Source: Octopus vulgaris (taxonomy: Eukaryota). From it: DNA of 64,000 nt. Below the pieces are notes generated by a model. It ran no database searches, was not told where the DNA came from, and was given only the letters and a program-made list of their open reading frames with translations. The translations under genes and the position numbers were made by a program. The DNA is taken from assembly GCA_951406725.2 (NCBI GenBank), contig OX597831.1, forward strand, positions 15,314,001 to 15,378,000. Reading direction: 5' to 3'. Each line of letters opens with the position of its first letter. The first letter of the stretch is position 1. Below, one piece after another: positions 13,479-28,681 of the stretch.

Positions 13479-13908
13479 TAATAGTAATAATAAGTGTTTC
13501 CAATGCAGGTACAAAGTATGAAATTTCGGGACAGACACTTATAACTATCATCAACTCCAGAGCTTCACTTAATCATTATTATATCGATCTCAAAGCGAAT
13601 AGCAGATAAAGTTGGGCACATCGGGATTTAAACTCAGTACATAAAGGCCCGGCAGAAATGCCGCTAAGCAGCTTTTCCAGAGCGTTAACAATTTAGCTAG
13701 CTAGCCGCCCTTATGGTCCCTTCTATTATGGGCACAAGGCCTAAAATTTGTGGGCGGGAGGATGTTGCAAGGCGGTAACATGAAATGAGCACTCAACTGG
13801 GAATTATTTTATCGATTCCGAAATGATGAAATGCAAAACTGAATTTGAAGAGAGAACGTAAAGACATACTCACGATTTTTGCCCTCGCTTCCCTTAAAAT
13901 GATAGTTG

Positions 13909-14303
13909 TTACCTCCGTCAAGGAAGGAGTGTATGTTTTCATCGGTGTTGGTTTGTCCGTCTGTGTACAAAATAACTCAAAATGTTATGAATGGTTTATG
14001 ATGAAACTTGCAGGAAACGTTGGTAATAACACAAGAAACAGATGATGAGATTTTGTTAGAGATCCAGGAATTTTTATAGATTTTTGAAGGATTTTTCATT
14101 TGTTATATTTACTCTACATGAAGTATTACAATGTTACGTTCTTTGATTATCTCCCTCGAAAACATGTTCATCGATACCGCATAACCTATGGTGGTGTTGC
14201 TATTTCCAGAGTTTATTTTCGTTTCTCTATTAGAAATTTTACGCGCGTATCTATATTAAAATGAACTTGGCGGAGGTCTGCGCTCTCCGGGTGCTTTTCT
14301 AGT
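13909..14303 (+). mobile_element. Helentron-associated (DINE-1/HINE-like) non-autonomous element
   Basis: Subterminal inverted repeats acctccgtcaag (13911-13922) and cttggcggaggt (14266-14277), a short gtcc/gtct tract near the 5' end, a 3' hairpin gcgctctccgggtgc, and a ctagt end. Confidence 0.75.
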
Positions 14304-15341
14304 CATTAATTTTAATATTTCTTTCATTTTTCCTTTTTACTTTCATCGATGAATTGGCTTCTGAAATCATACAAATCCCAGCTGATTATATTTTTAATCC
14401 CCATTCATTGAAGCTAATTGAATCAAAAGGAATTTTTTTCGGTAAGAATCGGCTTTTATTTCAATACAAGATGAATTTACACAAAATATTTTACATCTTT
14501 CGACTTATCTCTATTTCGAGTTCAACGTCTTTGATGTGTTTTAATACTGCCTCATTTGTTCATCTTGATAACTTATCTTGTATGCTATTTTGGATTTCCG
14601 CTTCAGAAATCTAAAACAGAGCGTAGAAAATATCTGCAATCTTAATATAATTTTTTTATCTATTTCCACATAAACAAACACAGACCCAAACAAGCAAATA
14701 AAGACACAAACAAAACGAAAAAAACAAACAAAAGGCTACTCTTTTGTCCATGAAAATTATAATTTTGTAATGCATTCAATCGTTTTATATGAATAGAAAG
14801 ATATTAATTCTTAATACGATTTTGCATTTCACTGTTGATACAAAATCAAACATTGACAACAAAACGAAATGTCTATTAATAGAAGTCGATCATAAATGCT
14901 AAATGTTTTCTCAATAGAAGCTCATTATAGAAACAACTCCACATTTTTGCCATGGGAAAATGCCTTCTATCATAGTATTGGTTTGGCGCAAACTTTTGTA
15001 AAAGAATTCGATTTGAGGTATGTTACAGGGATGCCACTCACTTGAACTGTACTTGATTAATATCACCAAATATAACAAGAAACTGGGAGCCAGGGTCTCA
15101 CTAGACAATGTCCAATACCTTACGACCTCGTCTTCACGGATGCACGGAGAAGAATGAATGTAAATTTTTGGTGAAATGTTTTTATGCCAATTTTGATTGT
15201 CGTAGAGAATCTTATGCAAATTATGAATAATTCTCTTCAATACTAAGGCACTAACATTCTGTACTAATTTACTTTGACTGTAGCACAATGTTAAGTAACC
15301 AAACCAATATACATTTTATACATACATATATAAATACATAC

Positions 15342-15431
<90 letters not shown>

Positions 15432-15596
15432 ATATTTCGGAATGGTCATATTGCCAGTTTAGCCAATAAAAACACACGCACTATATATTTGGTGTTATTT
15501 TGCTTCAGTGTTACTTATTGGCTAAACTGGCAATATGACCATTCCGAAATAAAACAATATCTGTTTCAACACGCGACTTCACGTAAAAAATCTTGC

Positions 15597-15635
<39 letters not shown>

Positions 15636-15704
15636 GTGTATATATATATATACATATTTACATATATATATATATATGTACGTATGTACATATACATATA
15701 TACA

Positions 15705-15749
<45 letters not shown>

Positions 15750-16636
15750 ATATATATATATTACTTGTTTCCGTGTCTTGAATTAGCGCGGATAATTTTA
15801 TCTGTCATTGATGATATTCAAGCAGATATTAAGTAGACCTCTCCCGTTACTCTCCTCTCTCCAGAGATCGATTCATTAAGTTCACCAGACAAATCGATGA
15901 GATATCTTCTGTGATATCGACTGATCTGCTAATGTTCGAAGATAAAGCTCCCGTAAATCTTACAATATCATATTTTAACATCTTTTGATATTGTAAACAT
16001 TGCGCAACATTTTTTCCCCATTTTATACAGTGTGCGTTATAAAGAAGATGCTGAATTTGCTTCTGTTTGTCATTATTTTTTTTTTAATCGTTATATTTTA
16101 ATTGGTTGAAACATTTAGACTGTGGCCATGCTGGAACATTAACTGGAAAAAGTTTAGTCGAATGCATCAACCACAGTCCTGATATTTGTTTTAAACCATG
16201 CACTTGTTCTGTAGAGATTTCACCAAGCTATTATGTAAAATGGACATAAAAACCGCAACATCGGTTTCGGAGTGGTGATGGTGGTGAGAACAAACACAGA
16301 TGCAAACGCAAGCTCACACACTCACATATAGCTATGCATATATACATGTGTGTGTGTGTAGTCGTGGATGTATACTGCTTTTGTCTCGACCAGAGATTTT
16401 CTAACGGACTAGTTTCCTGGTTACAAAATCACTGTTTGTATGGTACTATGTCTTCTATATATTGCAACCAAGGTTATACTACTGCCATGCCTGCTAAACA
16501 AGATCCTATTACCGAAGAGATCCAATGAGATCGAAATCACGTGGTCTGGTGGTCTCGAATTTTGTGTGGTAGGATTTATCGCCTGTTTCCAATAAATGCA
16601 TACATACATACAAACACACACGCACGCACACACACA

Positions 16637-16755
<119 letters not shown>

Positions 16756-16920
16756 TGCGGAAAGCGTACTGAATAAATCAGCTGTTGCAGATGTCTCCCG
16801 GGGTTAGAACCGCAGAATCGTCGCCCCTTTATGAACACCTACGTTGAAGTGGCGTTAACCACTACCTATACATACATACATACATACATACATACATACA
16901 TACAGACATACATACATACA

Positions 16921-16952
<32 letters not shown>

Positions 16953-16969
16953 GATATGTAAATATATAG

Positions 16970-17012
<43 letters not shown>

Positions 17013-17631
17013 AAAGTGAATAGGTATTCGGTTCAGATCTGAAAGTCTTGTATTCGATACCTGCAGTTGCATCCTTCGAAAAATACTTTATTTCATTTAC
17101 TGCAGTTCACTGAGCTGTCAAAACTGAGCAGTACCTGTACTTAAATGGACCAGTCATTTCAACTTTTGTCATGTGGAATATTCATGAGAACAAAGTTAAG
17201 GGTATGTGTTTCTGTGACGTGCTCAGCCGTTTGCAGGTCAATTGCACAAGCAAACGGTTCCGTTGATTGGGTTAACTGAAATACTTGTTGTCGAAAACGT
17301 CAGAGTACCAAGTCTTCAGCAGCAACAGAACGGTTATAGGAAAGCGATTTACCGTGCTCTTTTTTTATCTCTTCTCAAACAAAGACCTTTAATAGAAGGA
17401 AAATAATAAATAATGTTAGAAATGCAACCCAGCCACTGGGAGATTATCAGTCTTTTACGCAAATATACTGTCTTTTCATTTCACTGAGAAACATTTGTCA
17501 TCTAACATTACAAGCAAAAGAAATACCTTAATATCTCCGAAAGAAATAATAATATATAATTTGAAACATTTCTCCTCTCCATGCTGCATGTCATAAGCGA
17601 ATGGTTCTCAGAATACGTGAGCTTATCATAC

Positions 17632-17696
<65 letters not shown>

Positions 17697-17800
17697 AATT
17701 CGTATATAAGTAGTAAATAACAACCGGAACTGCTGAGGAATTTATAGCTAACACCTTGTTACGTGCATTTAACTCGGACTGATCGACTGCTCGAAATCTC

Positions 17801-18785
<985 letters not shown>

Positions 18786-18966
18786 AGAAATACTATATTA
18801 TTATTTGTGATACTCCTCTAAGTTTTAGTTAAATTTTTTTTTATATATTCAAATAAGTTTCGATCTTCTATGTACAAATTATTCATTATGTATGGAAGAC
18901 ACTCCTGGCAATTAGAAAAGAAAATAACATCATCGTCGTCATCATCATCATCGTTATTGTCGTTGT

Positions 18967-18998
<32 letters not shown>

Positions 18999-20504
18999 AC
19001 GACAGCAGGAACAGTATTTCTGCTTTTTATTTGTATTGACTTGCCTATAGCAACATGAAACGAAAAAACTGAAAATAATTTCGCTGCTTGAGATGAGCGA
19101 ATCTGTCCCGTTTAGTGTAGAAATATCAACAAAATACAAAATTAATATAGAATACACGCAGTATTTATTTTTTTTTTGAAAGCTGAATCAATAAACTTTG
19201 AACGTATTTTTGTAACTTGAAAGTTTGGTATTTGCATAGTTAATTCAGTTTGAATATTTAATCTAAAGAGTCTCTCATAAACATTTAAATCGTTCTTTGC
19301 AAAGAAATACTATCTCTGGTTGCTGTTTTTTATCACTAAATTATTGCCAATATTTTCATTTCTGTTTTCCTTATTGTTTTTTCACCTATCTGAATTTTCT
19401 CGTACGTATTCTATTTCATAGCTATAGAAATTGAGATTTATAGTAAAGTAAAAAATAAATAAATAAAGGGGAAATTAGATTATATTAAAATACAGCATGC
19501 TGGTGAATAACTCATACTAGTTAAACTATTCAGGAAATTGCGATGGAAATGTTTAATAAAGCCGAAAGGAGATACATGCAAACCAATACGATTTTAAGTG
19601 ACCACCACTGCATGCAACCTGATGTGATAGGCGTGATTGTTAATATAGTTTACGATGAACATTCCAGAAGAACAAATTGCCCGTCTGCCTCAGTTTTAAT
19701 GGTTTTGTTGTTGTTGTTGTTGTTGTTGTTCCATTCTACTTCTAATTCCGTTCGACTCTTTTTCCCTCGCATTTAACCTTCTGAGATCAGATAAAAACAT
19801 CTGATACGACGGGATGTATTATTTGTTGCACGTAATCACTGTAAAGGAAATTGATACCAAAACGATACCTTCACAATCACAAATGGCACATTTCCATTCA
19901 CTTACATAAAACACATTTCGTCCAAACATGAAAGCAAGGATGACATTTTTTGTGGATTTATGCTGGAATTATTGGTGTTTTTTGTTTTGTTTTACTGAAA
20001 CCTGAGAACAATGTTTAGTTTGAAGCATAACTACGCTTCCATATATTGATTTGGTGTTGAGTCAACATTTCATACAATGTATGCATTATACGTTTTAAAC
20101 AAAGAGCTCAAGTTGCAATGTATGTGCATTTAGAAATTCCCAGACATTAATAACGAATATCTCTATAACAGCACAGCTTGTAAATTCTCATATTCCCATG
20201 GTTTATCAATTACATCTTGGATTACTTCGTGATCAGAAAGAATTAATATATAACCAGCAGAGTGATTTCTACAAAGCCAAAGCTTTAATCAGAATGGCTG
20301 TGAATATTTCCTTAATATCTATAGTTACATTTCATAGAAGTAATTAACTGTTGCACTTTCGAAGAAAATTTATTACATTGTCTAGGAAAGAACTGATATA
20401 CAAACACGAAAGTTACAAGTAAATACTTCGAATTTCCTATTCGGATGTTCTAATTTCAGATCGTCACACTGAATTAGTCGCCATAATATTAGTATTAGGT
20501 GTGG

Positions 20505-20722
20505 TAAGGCAGCGATCTGGCAGAAACGTTTGCACGCCGGGCGAAATTCTTAGCATATTCCGTAGGTTTTATGTTCGAAGTTCAAATTCCGCCGAAGTCT
20601 ACTTTGCCTTTCATCTTTTCGGGGTCGATGAATTAAATATCAGTTACGTATTGGGTCGATCTAATCGACTGGCCCACTCCCCACAAAATTTCGAACCTTG
20701 TGTCAAGAGTAGGAAAGTAATA
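20505..20722 (+). mobile_element. SINE family B copy
   Basis: ggcagcgatctggcagaaacgtttgcacgccgggcgaaat...gttcaaattccgccgaagtc...ggggtcgat. Confidence 0.8.
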
Positions 20723-20932
20723 TTATTAGCTGAAGTGGTGTTATGGTGGTAGCAATCGTAGTTGCACTACTAATAGGAAACCTATTTTTATGTCGTACAC
20801 TAAACGCGTTATAGACTGCAACTCTGTGTCTTTTGGGTTTTTACAAGACTCATTTTACTTCTGTTCTTTCTTGTGCATTGCTCTGTGTGTGCACCCCCAC
20901 CCCGCATATATATATGTGTGTGTGTGTAGGGG

Positions 20933-20963
<31 letters not shown>

Positions 20964-21216
20964 GCTGTGTATGTGTGTGTCTGTGTAAAGTAACAGTTTA
21001 GAAAAAAAAGCATTGGTTTCATATCTAGCGCGAACCAGATATATCTTCAGTTCATCTAAACGATAAATGTTTTCTGCAAAGAAAGTTTTTTGTAAAACCC
21101 AAGATCACCGGTGATAGTTCAAGAAATATTCCTCTTAAAAACATATTTTTATTTATTAATTTAATTAAATAGTACCTTATTTACTGTGGTTAACCCCGAC
21201 TCAAGCCGGAACCTAC

Positions 21217-21247
<31 letters not shown>

Positions 21248-21263
21248 TTTATTTTATAGAAGG

Positions 21264-21314
21264 AGCTTCTACAGGACTAGAACTGTTTCATTCAAAAGAA
21301 ATCATCAGGAAGCT
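21264..21314 (-). ncRNA. Type I hammerhead ribozyme, family H1 copy 1
   Basis: Minus strand agcttc-CTGATGA-tttc-tttt-gaat-GAAA-cag-ttctagtc-ctg-TA-gaagct. Stem I is 6 bp, stem III closes a GUA cleavage triplet. Confidence 0.75.
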
Positions 21315-21911
21315 AGGTGACAAGAATAGTTTTGGCATTTATATATTTAGGCAGGTTTAAAGGGGTGGTGGTGGGGGACTTTTTGGGGTAGGCATGGCGC
21401 AAACTATCATTCTTAGGGGAGTAGTCAAAGGAATCAGTGATAAAGTAGATAAAAGAATAAATAGAATAATAGAGTTTTAGGTAAAAGGGCAATAAATGGT
21501 TTCTTTAGGCCAGCTAGGCTAGCTCCCTCGGGAGGACCTTACTTCAGTGCCGGCCTGGTTGGTCGAGGTCAAAATAAAAATAAAAATAAAAATAAAAATA
21601 AAATTAAAATAAGGGAAGAAATGTGTGTGTATGTGTGTGCATGTATATGCATATGTGTGTGTATGTATATATGTATGTATATATATATATATATAAGTGT
21701 GTGTATGTATGTGTGTATATATATATATTTATATATATAGATATGTGAGCGTGTGTGTATGGGGGTGTATATCCTCTTTTATATTTATTTTTATATATAT
21801 GTGTGTAGATATATGTGTGTATGTATGAGTATGGGTATGGGTGTGTACGTAGATGTATGTAAATGGGTGCATATGTACATGTGTATATGGATGTATGTGT
21901 GTATGTGTATG

Positions 21912-22021
<110 letters not shown>

Positions 22022-22091
22022 TGTATAAGAGTCTCCTTATTTACCTAAAACTCTATTATTCTATTTATTCTTTTATCGACTCAACCCGGGA

Positions 22092-22148
<57 letters not shown>

Positions 22149-23223
22149 GACACTCAGTAGTGTTATAGTAAGCATGTTGCGCCCCTTTGCGAATCCTTTC
22201 GCGTTCGTTATGCGTGTGTTGGCATGTTTTGTACTTTTACTAAAGCACTTTTAGATATAACGATTGTTTCCGATTTCAATTCAGTTCTTACAGACAAATT
22301 AGTATTATTAGGGCAGTGGTTTAGCAGTAAATTTAGCTGTGTTGATACATTTCTTTCGGTCATTTCCGATGAGTTGAAATTCATGATAAAATAAGTAGCA
22401 GCCATTACGCAATGACATGGGCCATATAGTAGGCTAAACACTTCGGATGAAATTGTGTCTATATCAATGCTCTAAACTTAAATTCACCTCCTACACAATC
22501 ACCTCTATGCTAAACCACTTCATGTGAAAAGCATTGTTTCGTTGTAATAATTATTAACTCTTTTACATTGTTACTTAAACGTTCATCCCTGTGATAACTT
22601 AATGGAACGATGTTACCTTTAGCTCCTTTTGTAATGTGGCTTCAGCAGCAAAATACTTTTTCGTAGGTTGACGTTTTCCAAAAACGTTGTGTTCCTGGTG
22701 GCAATTTCCTACAAACTATGTGAGTAGATAAATAGTAATTTTATGACAATGTTTCGTCTTCCATATTCAGTAACGAGGAGAAATTGCTACAAAATATGTT
22801 ACTTCTTCATGTTATGAACATGATCATCTTACTTATGGTTAGGAGGCTTCATGTGTTTTGAAATTTCCTGAGACACGTAGCTATGACAAAATTATTTATT
22901 CTCCCACAGATACTCCCAGTGGCGTCAGTTTAGAATACGAGGAGCGAATATTCAGTTAGTCAGGCTTTTAACTGACGGTTTCGGACTCGTTCGAAATAAC
23001 ATCACTAGACTTGTCTATTATAGGCACAAGGTCTGCAACTTGGGGGAAGGGGATAATCGGTTACCCTGCCCTTACTTAACTAGTACTTAATATATCGACC
23101 CCGAATGGATGAAAACCAAAGTCGACCTGGGAGGAATTTGAATTCAGAATGCAGTAAACCATCATTTTATCGGGCTGCTACTGTATAACTCTCAATGAGA
23201 GATTTAGAAATGCAATATTTCTA

Positions 23224-23284
<61 letters not shown>

Positions 23285-23326
23285 ATGTGTTTATGTATAT
23301 GTATATATGTATATATATGTATATGC

Positions 23327-23358
<32 letters not shown>

Positions 23359-23407
23359 GTATGTATATATGTATATATGTATATATATATATGTATTTAT
23401 ATATGTA

Positions 23408-23449
<42 letters not shown>

Positions 23450-24379
23450 GTATACACTCGCACACATATCTGTATGCTTACGGGCATATTTATTTGTGTT
23501 TAAGCGAAACGTACAAACAATCGGTGCATTCAATAACATATAATTATCTATATGCCTGTATATAGAGAGCGGTGAAGGTAAGAGGAAGGCTGCAATACAA
23601 ATAGGTACGCACCTGTCACAGTGGGTATTTACTATGAATACGAATTATACGAAAGGCGATCTTTTTATGATACCTGAAGAAAAAGACAAACAAACATTCA
23701 CAGCCGCTTTGAAAAATTGGCAGACTTTTAGAGCCTAGCACAACAAAAGGCTATAGAGTGTCACGTTCAATAGTTATTGAAACAGCAGGGAAAGGAGAAA
23801 GAATGCGATAAAAAGAAATATTCAAGTTCTGAGATTAAGCATATGCTACAAGTGTTTTGTTACAACCACATATTAAATGGTTGTTTGTTTGTTTGTTTAC
23901 TTTGGTGTTAGAAAGATATCTGCAACGTATTAAAATCCAAACAGTTCGTTAGATGAAGAGAACTGTTGAAATATTAGCGAGACACACGAGGAAGGGAAAG
24001 CATATTGCGAAACTAGTACAACAAATGCTTCCATCGCTTCTGTTTTTTTTGGGTTTTTTTTTTCAGTTTCTGGACTTCCGCCATGCTGCGGCACAGCAAT
24101 GAAGATCTCTTTTTCTTTTCTGCTTTGCCTTTTTTGTTTTGGTTATGTTTCGAACAAGTCAGTGCTAATGTTACTTTTAAAAAACTTCTGGTACATGTTC
24201 GTTCATTCTCTTTGAGCCGGCCGCTATATTAAGGGATCATAAACAAACCAAGGCTGGTTGGTTGTAAAGAAATGGGGAGTGTCAAACACAAAATGACACT
24301 CACAAGTACATACATATACGTACAGATTGTGTTGTGTGTTTGTGTGTGAGTGTGTGTGTGTGTGAACGCGTGTGGCTAG

Positions 24380-24895
24380 TAGTTAGTGTATTTTCCTCTT
24401 CTTTCAATCAAGACCTCAAAATTCCCTTTTGCTGCTGCTGCTGAAGTTGTTTCAATTCTTCCGTGTTCAATGCTGTGGTCGGTTAGTAACGTTTTCACGC
24501 CTTCATTGCCTAAAGTCAGAATATCCTCCACAACAACAAAATCTTCAGTTTCAAAGTGCTTGAAGACTCTGCCGCCAACAAAATCTGGACGCAGTTTCGG
24601 CCATCCAAACTCATGGCCCCCTAACTCTCCAATGATCTTAATCAATGAGAAGAAATCAATAGTTTATATTCAACTCAGGATTCCAGGCGTCTCCGATTTG
24701 TTCTTTATTTCTATGTCAGAGTTTGTTTCAAAATACATTTGAATCAGTGCTTTGTTGTAGAGATTATTACAGGTTGAAACCACGTTCTGATCCATGGGCT
24801 GGATTAGAGGATTAATCTTAAGTGCAGGAACGGCTCTGCAAACAAATCTGACACTTCCGCGTAATTGTCTGCAAAGCCTGGAGGGTGAGCAGACG
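24380..24895 (-). pseudogene. Tigger/pogo DDE transposase remnant
   Basis: Minus strand SAHPPGFAD.../NPLIQPMDQNVVSTCNNLYNKALIQMYFETNSD.../KLRPDFVGGRVFKHFETEDFVVVEDILTLG...VKTLLTDHS, matching the pogo AHP...LIQPMDQ.VI..FK region. Frameshifts, an internal stop and deletions. Confidence 0.85.
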
Positions 24896-24937
24896 ATTTC
24901 ATAGAGCAGACGATTTCGTGGAGCAGACGATTTCGTT
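24887..24937. repeat. 3 x 17 bp minisatellite gagcagacgatttc(a/g)tN
   Basis: Three consecutive units at the edge of the Tigger remnant. Confidence 0.9.
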
Positions 24938-25892
24938 ACATTGTTTAATTGTTATTACTTTTTTGAAAGTATCTGTTGGCACTTGGAGCAACGACTTCAT
25001 GGTTCTACTCAATGAGAAATGGCCTATGCCTTAAAATCAGTGGTCAATGACATATATTTGAATAGTAAATGTATATCAGATATTTTCTATTGTTATATTT
25101 CGGGGAAGTCATTTTCTGTTGCCAAATAAACACATGCACTATACATTCATTCTCCACTTGTTTAATATTGTCCTTATTTAATTCACTTAGAGCATTCTCT
25201 GGATGAAACAGAGCAAGGGGACAAGTAGGATAGTCATTGAAGAGACCTAAGGTTGTATAACGAAAGATTTCCAGGCTATGGATGTAAAATAAGGACAATA
25301 AAAAACAAGTGAAGAACGTGTAATGCGTGCGTCTAGTTGGCAAGAAGAAAAAACATAACCATCATAAAGTATAAATATATTTGTTTCAGTAAAATATTTC
25401 ACGTCTGGAATCTTAAAAATCCCCCAAAAAACAAATACATAAACGTAAATCAATATTTTCTGGTTTTGCAGCAATTATATTCTTCCCTACCAGAGGAGCA
25501 GAACCATAGCCTGGCCGCAATTCGCGCCAACATCAAATGAGAAGAGAAGTAAGTGATCTTCACAAATCAAGATTTCTTAAAAAATGAGATGATATGAAAC
25601 GTAGGACAAGCGACATTATGTCTTGCTTAAGATATCTAGATGCGGTCTGTTCATTTAAAAAAAAAAAAACTCCTTACGTTGCTGTTGGCAACCTCATTAA
25701 TGGCATGTGCTCAGTTTTCAAATTAGTTGAGAAACAGTCTCCTTACGTTCATACACACGCACACACACACACACACACACATAAATAGATGGATACACAC
25801 ACACGCACACACACACGTATATATATATATATATATATATTACATACATATGCACATTCATACACACACATATATATACGTATATATATATC

Positions 25893-25926
<34 letters not shown>

Positions 25927-26161
25927 AATATATAAATATAGATATACATATAAGGGTAAGATCTTTAATAAAATTTACGGTTCTATCAAGTGGCCAGCAT
26001 GGAAGTAAAAAGCTTCAAAGGTAATAATTATTACGAAAAGTATAACTTAGGGCATCTACAAGATACCGCCATGCTGGCTCTAAAACCACATAAAGTGTTC
26101 ATATAGCAGAAGGAGAGAAGACAAAAAGACGCAAAAAAACTACTAAAAAATTATTGGATAT

Positions 26162-26220
26162 TTCCAGATCCCGGATTTCTGGCTTTGCCTTGCCAGAAAT
26201 GCTTTGCCTCATCAGTGGAA
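26162..26220 (-). ncRNA. Hammerhead ribozyme motif with an internal inverted duplication
   Basis: ttcca-CTGATGA-ggc...gcc-a-GAAA-tccggga-TC-tggaa. Stem II contains a repeated ggcaaagc and an inverted atttctggc. Confidence 0.6.
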
Positions 26221-27250
26221 TATAAGCAGAGAGAAAAATAAATACCTATATATATATATATATATGCCACATACGAATACTTACATATGCGAACGTATAC
26301 ATACATATATATGCACGTATGCAACATGACCAGTTTAAAATGCCAGCTTCTTAATTCCATGTGCGTTATGGTTAAAACATCACTGCAGTAAATACAATGA
26401 CGAAATAAATATATATATATATATATAAGGAAAAGAATCTGAAAATACACTAGCTTTTTGAAAATATTTATTAACTTAACCGGTTTTTCACTCATTAAAA
26501 AGGATTTTTGGGAATTAAAGTTTGAGGGTTGGTGTGCCGCCTCTGTTGTGTCAAAAAATATTTTACACAAATGTATTCAAGTCAAGTGATAGAGTCTCTG
26601 AGCATAATAAAAGATTTGAGGCTTTGTGTATCCTCTGTGATGAGTCAGTTGACATTAAATCATTCAGATTAGATAGTAAAAGTTTGTAATAACGATAAAA
26701 AGAAAAAATTACTAGATTTTTGAGACCCTTTTAAAGGTCTTGCATCTAGATGGAGTTTGAAGTTATAAAAGAGCGTGGCATTTATTCTGTATAAACTCTT
26801 CCTTTTATCCAAAATTGATAAATGTCGATGATATTAAATGCAATTGAAACCCAGTATTCCTTTTCAGATATAAAATATTAGTGTGGATGAGTGATGGTCG
26901 CAGGTCACAATGTAGTTGACGATTAATGAACAGGTTTTCAGAGCATTTGTATGCGTGACATATAAGTGAAGAATGGTGTGCATTTGCCTGGAAGTATGGG
27001 TTGTGTTTTGTTCTTGGAAATATAGTTAGGCGGGTGTGTGCGTGTGTACTTGTGTGTCTATGTATGTGTGCGTGTGTGTGTCCGTGAGTATGTCCGTGGT
27101 GCGGTTGCCTGAGCGGTGTGTATGCGCGCATATGTGGATGATGTGTGTACACAGCAGAGTCCAATGTCAATCTTTCTTCAAGCGGCTTCACTGTGCTTCA
27201 TGTAGCTTTGTAACTATGGCAGCTGTTCTGATTCTTATTGATCAGACCTA

Positions 27251-27304
<54 letters not shown>

Positions 27305-27311
<7 letters not shown>

Positions 27312-28495
27312 TAGTTATCACCAAGCTAATATGGCAGTCCATAAATATAGGACGAAAGCTGCCGTTGATTAGCCCCAAGAGCCCATCGCCTCTAGCTAGC
27401 TATATGACACACGAAGCTGTGTCCATTATAACCTTCGAACAGGGGAGGTCAGCCGTTTCCCCTTGCTGGTCAGGCATCTGCAGACATGTTTCAGGATATA
27501 CGCCCTTTATCAATGCACAGTAGCCGTCCGTTCGAAGGATTATTTACCTAAATTCAGTGGAATACATCCACTGGTTTTCAAAAATAGAAATATTATTATT
27601 TCTAAGTCTCTCTAAAGGAGACTACGGCAGTGATACTGGATATTAATAGTTATCGCCAAGCTAATATGGCCGTCCATACATATAGGACGAACGCTGCCGT
27701 TGATTAGTTGCAAGAGGCCATCGCCACGAGCTATTGGTTTCAATTACTATGAGTAGAAGAGCTGCACTCGGGTGTTCATAGTCTCTAACCAAAGTTCAGA
27801 ATCAAGGACAAGGACTTAATTTTTAGAGTGCCTAATGGCGTAATCTATAGTGAGCTTAATATTTTGGTGGAAGGAGTCAGCTACATGCTGGAGGCTCTCT
27901 ATTATGCTCCTCTCAGTTTCTACATTATAGTTACTACAGTTTGTCCTTACTAGAATGTTAATGTCACCATCTACATGCGTACAATAAAGCAAAATAGTTG
28001 TGGATTGTTCCTCTACGGATTGTTTAACTTTTCTATCCCACCAAGCCATGAAGGGGCTGGCCACACCAACAGTAATGACCGCACCATCAAACCTGCCTGT
28101 ATAGGTTCCTGTTAAATTTTACAATATCGTTCTTCAAGGTGGTTCTTACGCCAGCCCTTATTGCATGTGCAATCATTCTTTACACTTGGCTGTTGTCGTC
28201 AGGGTCCTGAGTGTTTATGATGCAGTCAATCCAGCGATCTGCGGTAGTTTTCTGTGATAGTGTTTGGTCTTCCCCTGTTTGAACTGATGGGGCAAAATCT
28301 AATAAGGTCATAATGACTAACAACATGCCGAAGACCAGCATTGAGGCACACTCGGTCAGCTTGACGTCCGCATTTTCTCCAAGCAGCCGAAGGACCCAAC
28401 ACTTCGACAGATACAAGAATGCCTCCACATAAATGAATCATCTGCATTGCTAAATAGGAAATATACGTAGAAGGTAGTCGTACCCCAAAACCCAC
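27305..28495. mobile_element. Decayed Penelope-like element (direct-repeat ends, RT on -, GIY-YIG C-terminus on +)
   Basis: Direct repeat 27305-27400/27640-27733. The minus strand at 28310-27780 gives RGRPNTIT/RMIAHAIRAGVRTTLKNDIVKFNRNLYRQ/FMAWWDRK...HVDGDINILV...NIKLTIDYAIRHSKN*VLVLD (PLE-type RT). The plus strand at 28320-28470 gives QHAEDQH*GTLGQLDVRIFSKQPKDPTLRQIQECLHINESSALLNRK (GIY-YIG E...LN end). Confidence 0.75.
27479..27517 (-). ncRNA. Decayed minimal hammerhead in the Penelope terminal repeat
   Basis: tgca-TTGATAA-agg...cct-GAAA-catg-TC-tgca. Two core substitutions relative to CTGATGA; palindromic acatgt stem III. Confidence 0.5.
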
Positions 28496-28603
28496 AGTTT
28501 ATATATACACAGGTAGAGTTGTTAGAAGACTGCTACGTAGATGTATATATATACGCACAAACTCACACACACACACATATAAACATAAAAAAGTATACAT
28601 ATA

Positions 28604-28681
<78 letters not shown>

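Noticed and set aside
14911-15288. 125 aa minus-strand ORF of normal composition
   Set aside because: No recognisable motif and no partner exons; the length is reachable by chance.
24376-24742. Overlapping 89 aa and 118 aa ORFs as host genes
   Set aside because: They are the sense and antisense of a decayed Tigger/pogo transposase.
24887-24937. Short direct repeats as a CRISPR array
   Set aside because: The units are contiguous with no spacers, the context is eukaryotic and there are no cas genes.
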